From the IMG/VR virus record IMGVR_UViG_3300012983_000031, positions 156,296-220,295 of that record: DNA of 64,000 nt; one strand, 5' to 3'. The position numbers and the translations under genes are program-made. Of this stretch, positions 59,776 to 64,000 are shown in pieces. This DNA comes from a virus (Duplodnaviria > Caudoviricetes). The notes under the pieces were generated by a model. That model had not been told where the DNA came from, did not search any database, and saw only the letters and a program-made list of their open reading frames with translations. How positions within the stretch are numbered: the stretch's first letter is position 1; every line of letters starts with the position of its first letter.

Positions 59776-60173
59776 AACAGGAAGAATTAAAAGAGTTCAC
59801 AAAACTTTATAGGATATTCGAAAAAAACTGTGATCGTGTATGCAACATTTTATCCAAATACGATGAATATCCTGATTATTACGATTTGGGCTTTGCTGAT
59901 AATTTCAGATTGGCTGATTCGAATAAAGAAGTAATATGTGAAGGTGATGAATATTGGAGTTATGGTGGTCACGAACATCATACAGGCTATTTCGATGCTT
60001 CTTATCTCACTTTATCTGATGAAGAATTAAATGCTATTGCAAAAAATAAAATGGAGGAATACTTGAGAAAGGTTCAGAAGCGGAAAGAAGAAGCAAAGAA
60101 AGAGCAGAATGATATAGACTATAAGAAATATTTAGAGCTTAAAAATAAGTTTGAAAATGAATCAGAAAGATAA
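59772..60173 (+). CDS. Hypothetical protein with C-terminal coiled coil
   Basis: Ends Y.ELK.KFE. Confidence 0.75.
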   Translation: MKQEELKEFTKLYRIFEKNCDRVCNILSKYDEYPDYYDLGFADNFRLADSNKEVICEGDEYWSYGGHEHHTGYFDASYLTLSDEELNAIAKNKMEEYLRKVQKRKEEAKKEQNDIDYKKYLELKNKFENESER

Positions 60174-60537
60174 AGAACTCGTATTAAAGGATTTGAGCGC
60201 AAGGTTGCCTTACGGGGTAAAAATAGTTAATATTATGTCGGGGCATGTATTAGTCCTCACATCGCAACTTTATGCAACCGTTGCTATTGAAAACTTTAGA
60301 CCGTATCTCCGTCCAATGTCAAGCATGACTAAGGAAGAAAAGAAGAAATACTACGATCTTTGTGATATTGCAGAGGTGGGGTATTATGAATTTGGTGAGT
60401 TGGTTTCTGGATTTAATAATTATGATACAGTGGAGTCTATTGATTATCTTAATTCAATACATGTAGACTATCGTGGACTTATAGAAAAAGGTCTTGCTAT
60501 TAAAGTAACAGAAGAAAATAATCCTTATAAAACTTAA
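60151..60537 (+). CDS. DLSARLPYGV-family phage protein (paralog)
   Basis: KDLSARLPYGV...RPYLRPMSSMT...DYRGLIEKGLAI. Confidence 0.8.
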   Translation: MKMNQKDKELVLKDLSARLPYGVKIVNIMSGHVLVLTSQLYATVAIENFRPYLRPMSSMTKEEKKKYYDLCDIAEVGYYEFGELVSGFNNYDTVESIDYLNSIHVDYRGLIEKGLAIKVTEENNPYKT

Positions 60538-60542
60538 CTGTC

Positions 60543-60728
60543 ATGACACAGGAAGAAATAAATGATAGAATGGAAGCTTGCCCTTGGAGGGAGCGTCCAC
60601 GAGGATATGAATATGTTTGCACAAGATACTTTGGCACTTATGTTCCCTGTGACGGATGTTGCGGATGGGTTGTTGATTATCCAAGGCTTAAAGAATTAGA
60701 AAAACAATATAAGCAAAAGAAACAATGA
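60543..60728 (+). CDS. Small Cys-rich protein
   Basis: CPW...C...CDGCC. Confidence 0.65.
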   Translation: MTQEEINDRMEACPWRERPRGYEYVCTRYFGTYVPCDGCCGWVVDYPRLKELEKQYKQKKQ

Positions 60729-60760
60729 AGTTTATTGAAAATGAATAAAACCGAACTGAC

Positions 60761-61150
60761 ATGACACAGGAATACAAAGAACTGCTACTTAAAGACCTTT
60801 CAACAAGGTTGCCGTATGGAGTGAAAGGTATTATAACATACAACGGAGATAAAGATATCTTCACCGTGAAAGGTATTTCTAATGTCTTATTTCTATCTGA
60901 CGCTGAATGTTGTCATGTTGATGATTTTAAGCCATATCTCCGTTCAATTGATGATATGACAGAGGAAGAGAAAAAATATTTGATGTCTTTGAAATACCAG
61001 CCATCTGCATTAAAGTGGAAGAATTTAATTATAAGTTCACAAGAAATCATTGATTGGCTTAACAGAAAGATGTTTGATTACAGGGATCTTATACCACTTG
61101 GTTTGGCGTTAGAAGCACCTGAAAGAATGTATAACGTAAATGAAAAATAA
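60761..61150 (+). CDS. DLSARLPYGV-family phage protein (paralog)
   Basis: KDLSTRLPYGV...KPYLR...FDYRDLIPLGLALEAPE.MY. Confidence 0.8.
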   Translation: MTQEYKELLLKDLSTRLPYGVKGIITYNGDKDIFTVKGISNVLFLSDAECCHVDDFKPYLRSIDDMTEEEKKYLMSLKYQPSALKWKNLIISSQEIIDWLNRKMFDYRDLIPLGLALEAPERMYNVNEK

Positions 61151-61325
61151 CTATGATCAAAAAATTAATAAAAAGTTTTCGTGACTCAGGTGAAGGATGC
61201 GTCTATGATGTATATTATGACACAAATACTGGGCGTTATTCTCAACGAAGAAGAGGTAGAGATGAACAGGATATTGATGAAAGTTCTTGGCACGTACAAG
61301 GAATGATTAGATAATTTGAATAACT

Positions 61326-61655
61326 ATGGCAACAATTAAAAACCAAACTGACAATATGAAAACAGGTATTGAACTAATTGCTGAAGAAAGGCAAAGACAA
61401 ATTGAAGTTGAAGGTTGGACAAAAGAGCATGACGCAGAACATACTAACGATTCTTTAGCTCTTGCCGCTGTATGTTATGCCTTACCAAGCGAACTCCGCC
61501 GTTACTCTTATTGCCCTTTAATAAAAGAAAGAGTTCCTGATTTTTGGCCTTGGGGTAAAGATTGGTGGAAACCTTGCCCAGAAGATAGAATTAGGGAATT
61601 GACGAAAGCTGGATCGCTTATTGCTGCTGAAATTGATAGGTTACAAATGAAATAA
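61326..61655 (+). CDS. Conserved phage protein (IAEERQRQ family)
   Basis: IAEERQRQI..EGW..EHD...LA.AA.CYA...WPW...WWKP...RELTKAG.LIAAEIDRL. Confidence 0.8.
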   Translation: MATIKNQTDNMKTGIELIAEERQRQIEVEGWTKEHDAEHTNDSLALAAVCYALPSELRRYSYCPLIKERVPDFWPWGKDWWKPCPEDRIRELTKAGSLIAAEIDRLQMK

Positions 61656-61783
61656 AATTATGAAAGTGATGCGATGCAAGAAACTTGGAGGTAGAGAAGT
61701 TCCACGTAGTTGTCATGTTCTCAACGGAAGAAAAAATTATTGTAAAGATTTATTTATAGCTATTGAAGCATCAAAAGGAATAT

Positions 61784-62050
61784 ATGAAACTAAATAATTG
61801 TAAAGTCTATAAAGCATACTGGTGGGAGGAATTGCTCGCTAATATTCTACCATACTATCTTCCATTTATTAACAAGAGAAGAAGGGTTAGAACCAGACGA
61901 AAGTATAAAAATAAATGGAAAAATAGATTTATGACTGATATGACTAATTTGTTAAAAGAAGCATATCCCAATAAGAAACCTAACTTCAAAACAGTTAATC
62001 CAGATTGGTTTGAAACTGATTACAGTTGGAAAATAACAAATGAAAAATAA
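61784..62050 (+). CDS. Hypothetical basic protein
   Basis: Co-oriented ORF. Confidence 0.55.
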   Translation: MKLNNCKVYKAYWWEELLANILPYYLPFINKRRRVRTRRKYKNKWKNRFMTDMTNLLKEAYPNKKPNFKTVNPDWFETDYSWKITNEK

Positions 62051-62145
62051 AAGGAATATGGAAATAAAATCACATACAGACATTCCTCAGAGCGAGACTT
62101 TAAGAAATGGTTAAAACAATTTTATTTAAAAGGAAAGGAAAGAAT

Positions 62146-62571
62146 ATGATTACAGAAGATTATGTTAGTTTTGAAACTGCAAAACTCTTGAAGGAAAAGG
62201 GGTTTAATGATAAAGGCAGATATGGGTATAATTCTGAAGGCAATGTATGTGAGCCTATTGTCGGTTGGAAAAAAGTATCTCCATTTTATCCTCGTCCAAC
62301 TCACCAAATGGCAATGAAGTGGCTGAGAGAAGTGCATAATATTGATGTTGATATTGAACCAGCTGTCGGTATGCTAGGAGTCAAAGTATATATTCCTTTT
62401 ATTAGTACATATAAGTCACGTGAAGATGATCCATCAAAAGTACGTCAATTAAGAAGAGGAATATATTATAAGGATGATAAGGGAATTATCCCAGCATTAC
62501 AGCATTTTGATTCTTACGAAGAAGCTTGTGAAGTAGCATTAAAATATTCACTTGAGAACTTAATTAAATAA
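62146..62571 (+). CDS. YVSFETAKLLKEKGF-family phage protein (paralog A)
   Basis: YVSFETAKLLKEKGF...PT..MAMKWLREVHNI...YEEACE.ALKYSLENLI. Confidence 0.8.
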   Translation: MITEDYVSFETAKLLKEKGFNDKGRYGYNSEGNVCEPIVGWKKVSPFYPRPTHQMAMKWLREVHNIDVDIEPAVGMLGVKVYIPFISTYKSREDDPSKVRQLRRGIYYKDDKGIIPALQHFDSYEEACEVALKYSLENLIK

Positions 62572-62573
62572 CG

Positions 62574-62963
62574 ATGGCAACAATTATAGAATATTATGTA
62601 AGTTTTGAAATTGCAAAACTACTCAAAGAGAAAGGGTTTAATGAGAAAGTCATTTGTTATTATGATGATGGAGGCTCATTGAATTTAAATAAGTTTGTTG
62701 AATTTCAATGTTGTAATCAAGGATACGGAAGTGGTGTATTTGCTGCCCCAACTCTTATAATGGCAATGAAGTGGTTGAGGGAAGTTCACAATATCTTTAT
62801 TGAAATTAGGGTAAGTATAGACCTTAATGGTAATTATCATTATAGTTATTCTATTCTTAATAAAGAATGCAAATATGTAAGACAAGGATATACTGATTTT
62901 GATTGGGATTATGAAGATGCTTGTGAAGCAGCTATTAAATACAGTCTTGAAAATTTAATTTAA
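62574..62963 (+). CDS. YVSFETAKLLKEKGF-family phage protein (paralog B)
   Basis: Same motifs as 62146. Confidence 0.8.
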   Translation: MATIIEYYVSFEIAKLLKEKGFNEKVICYYDDGGSLNLNKFVEFQCCNQGYGSGVFAAPTLIMAMKWLREVHNIFIEIRVSIDLNGNYHYSYSILNKECKYVRQGYTDFDWDYEDACEAAIKYSLENLI

Positions 62964-62965
62964 CT

Positions 62966-63172
62966 ATGGCAAAATATAGAATAGTGAAAAGAGAATATCC
63001 TAATGGACAGATAGATTACGAAGTCCAAAAAAAGATATTAGGTTTATTCTGGTGGAATTTTGAAAACGTAGATGCCATAACAACGGGTATTTACGATACT
63101 CTTGATGATGCTGAAATGGCAATTAAAATGCATAAAGAAAAAACTAAAAAAATAGTTATTGACGTAAAATGA
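62966..63172 (+). CDS. Hypothetical protein
   Basis: KYRIVK...Y.VQKK..G.FW motif. Confidence 0.7.
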   Translation: MAKYRIVKREYPNGQIDYEVQKKILGLFWWNFENVDAITTGIYDTLDDAEMAIKMHKEKTKKIVIDVK

Positions 63173-63516
63173 AAGCATACACAGATTTAGAACAGTCAAA
63201 GAAGTTAGCAGAGATACTTCCAATAGAAACTGCGGATATGAGATTTTGCTTTAGTCACACATTAGGTGGCAGAATAACAGGACATTATCCTATGATAGGT
63301 AGAGAACCTTCTATGGGGACTATCCCTTGTTGGAGTCTTGCAGCATTGATTGATGTTCTGCCAGCAATTAAAGGCGGCAAACCAATAATAGTACTTGATG
63401 ACAACTATATTACATATCCACTCATAAATGATTTACATACTAAATCAGACAATGACAATCTTATTGATGCGACTTACGATATGATTATACGTTTGAACGA
63501 ATTAAATTTGTTGTGA
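63169..63516 (+). CDS. Hypothetical phage protein
   Basis: T.LEQSKKL.EILP.ETADM...PCWSLAAL..VLP. Confidence 0.8.
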   Translation: MKAYTDLEQSKKLAEILPIETADMRFCFSHTLGGRITGHYPMIGREPSMGTIPCWSLAALIDVLPAIKGGKPIIVLDDNYITYPLINDLHTKSDNDNLIDATYDMIIRLNELNLL

Positions 63517-63649
63517 TTATGGATGAATATGATAGAGGTTATTATGATGCTCTTAAATGGGTATATGACCACACTGGTGGAGATAACTATAAATTATCAG
63601 TGAAAGCTAAGATGCAAGACATCATTAGAATATTAAATTTAGATTGATT

Positions 63650-63871
63650 ATGACTAATATTAAAATTGTAAGAAGATTGGCAAGAGGACAATATGAAGAA
63701 GGAACTGAACCAGAAGTATATGACATATACTTTGACGTTGGTCTATTTAGTCCACTTATAAAGAATTGGAAAATTGATAAATCTGCTTTAACAAGAAAAG
63801 AGGCTATTAAGCATCTTATGCCTTGGCTTTTAGATACAGCAAATAATAAGATTTATGTAACCACTGAATAA
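63650..63871 (+). CDS. Hypothetical protein
   Basis: Co-oriented ORF. Confidence 0.6.
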   Translation: MTNIKIVRRLARGQYEEGTEPEVYDIYFDVGLFSPLIKNWKIDKSALTRKEAIKHLMPWLLDTANNKIYVTTE

Positions 63872-63884
63872 ACTGAGTTTAATT

Positions 63885-64000
63885 ATGAAAAAAGGAATTG
63901 ATTTAATTGCCGAAGAACGACAAAGGCAGATTAATAAAGGTTATGATGCCAATCATGATTCGCAACATGATTTTAGAGAATTAACGAACGCAGCAAGAAC
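63885..64000 (+). CDS. IAEERQRQ-family protein, truncated by window edge
   Basis: MKKGIDLIAEERQRQINKGY...HD; paralog of 61326. Confidence 0.75.
   Translation, partial: MKKGIDLIAEERQRQINKGYDANHDSQHDFRELTNAAR

Noticed and set aside
58659-63516. Diversity-generating retroelement behind the paralog families
   Set aside because: No reverse transcriptase and no near-identical template/variable repeat pair differing only at adenines was seen.
1-64000. Stop-codon reassignment (TAG=Gln) as in Lak or some crAss-like phages
   Set aside because: Long genes are intact in code 11 and TAG terminates several well-bounded genes (e.g. 11248, 21909, 30471, 52201).
1-64000. tRNA or rRNA genes suggested by frequent GTTCG
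   Set aside because: GTTCG occurs within the decamer and terminator stems; no cloverleaf with acceptor stem and anticodon arm could be built by eye (tRNAscan-SE would settle it).

Overview
AT-rich segment of what looks like a large (jumbo-type) lytic phage of Bacteroidota (Prevotella/Bacteroides-like host), read in genetic code 11. No structural, rRNA, tRNA, cas or integrase genes were seen. 1-7.7 kb is a compact operon (YqeY, tyrosine-phosphatase-like protein, DUF4406, TupA-type ATP-grasp, two-domain glycosyltransferase, DUF616). 8.2-58.1 kb is a ~50-kb early/host-takeover-like region of roughly 90 mostly unknown small genes in repeated cassettes. Each cassette has a near-identical Bacteroidota sigma-A promoter (TTAAC-N5-TTAAC...TTTG-N19-21-TAnnTTTG, >50 copies), an A-rich leader, 1-4 genes and an intrinsic terminator. 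The second gene of the region is a phage sigma-70 factor. Three non-coding layers are superimposed. (i) About 62 copies of a 19-bp palindrome GTAATGTCAnTGACATTAC are confined to 8175-58091, are densest at the right end, and close pairs are spaced at near-integral helical turns. (ii) There are at least 30 exact copies of the decamer CTGGAGTTCG. (iii) Many 3' UTRs, and three gene-less promoter-terminator units, are reverse complements of A-rich-leader+ATG translation starts, suggesting a battery of antisense small RNAs. After an abrupt compositional boundary at ~58.1-58.6 kb, tightly packed paralogous small phage genes follow. All counts and coordinates were read by eye and may be off by a few copies or bases.
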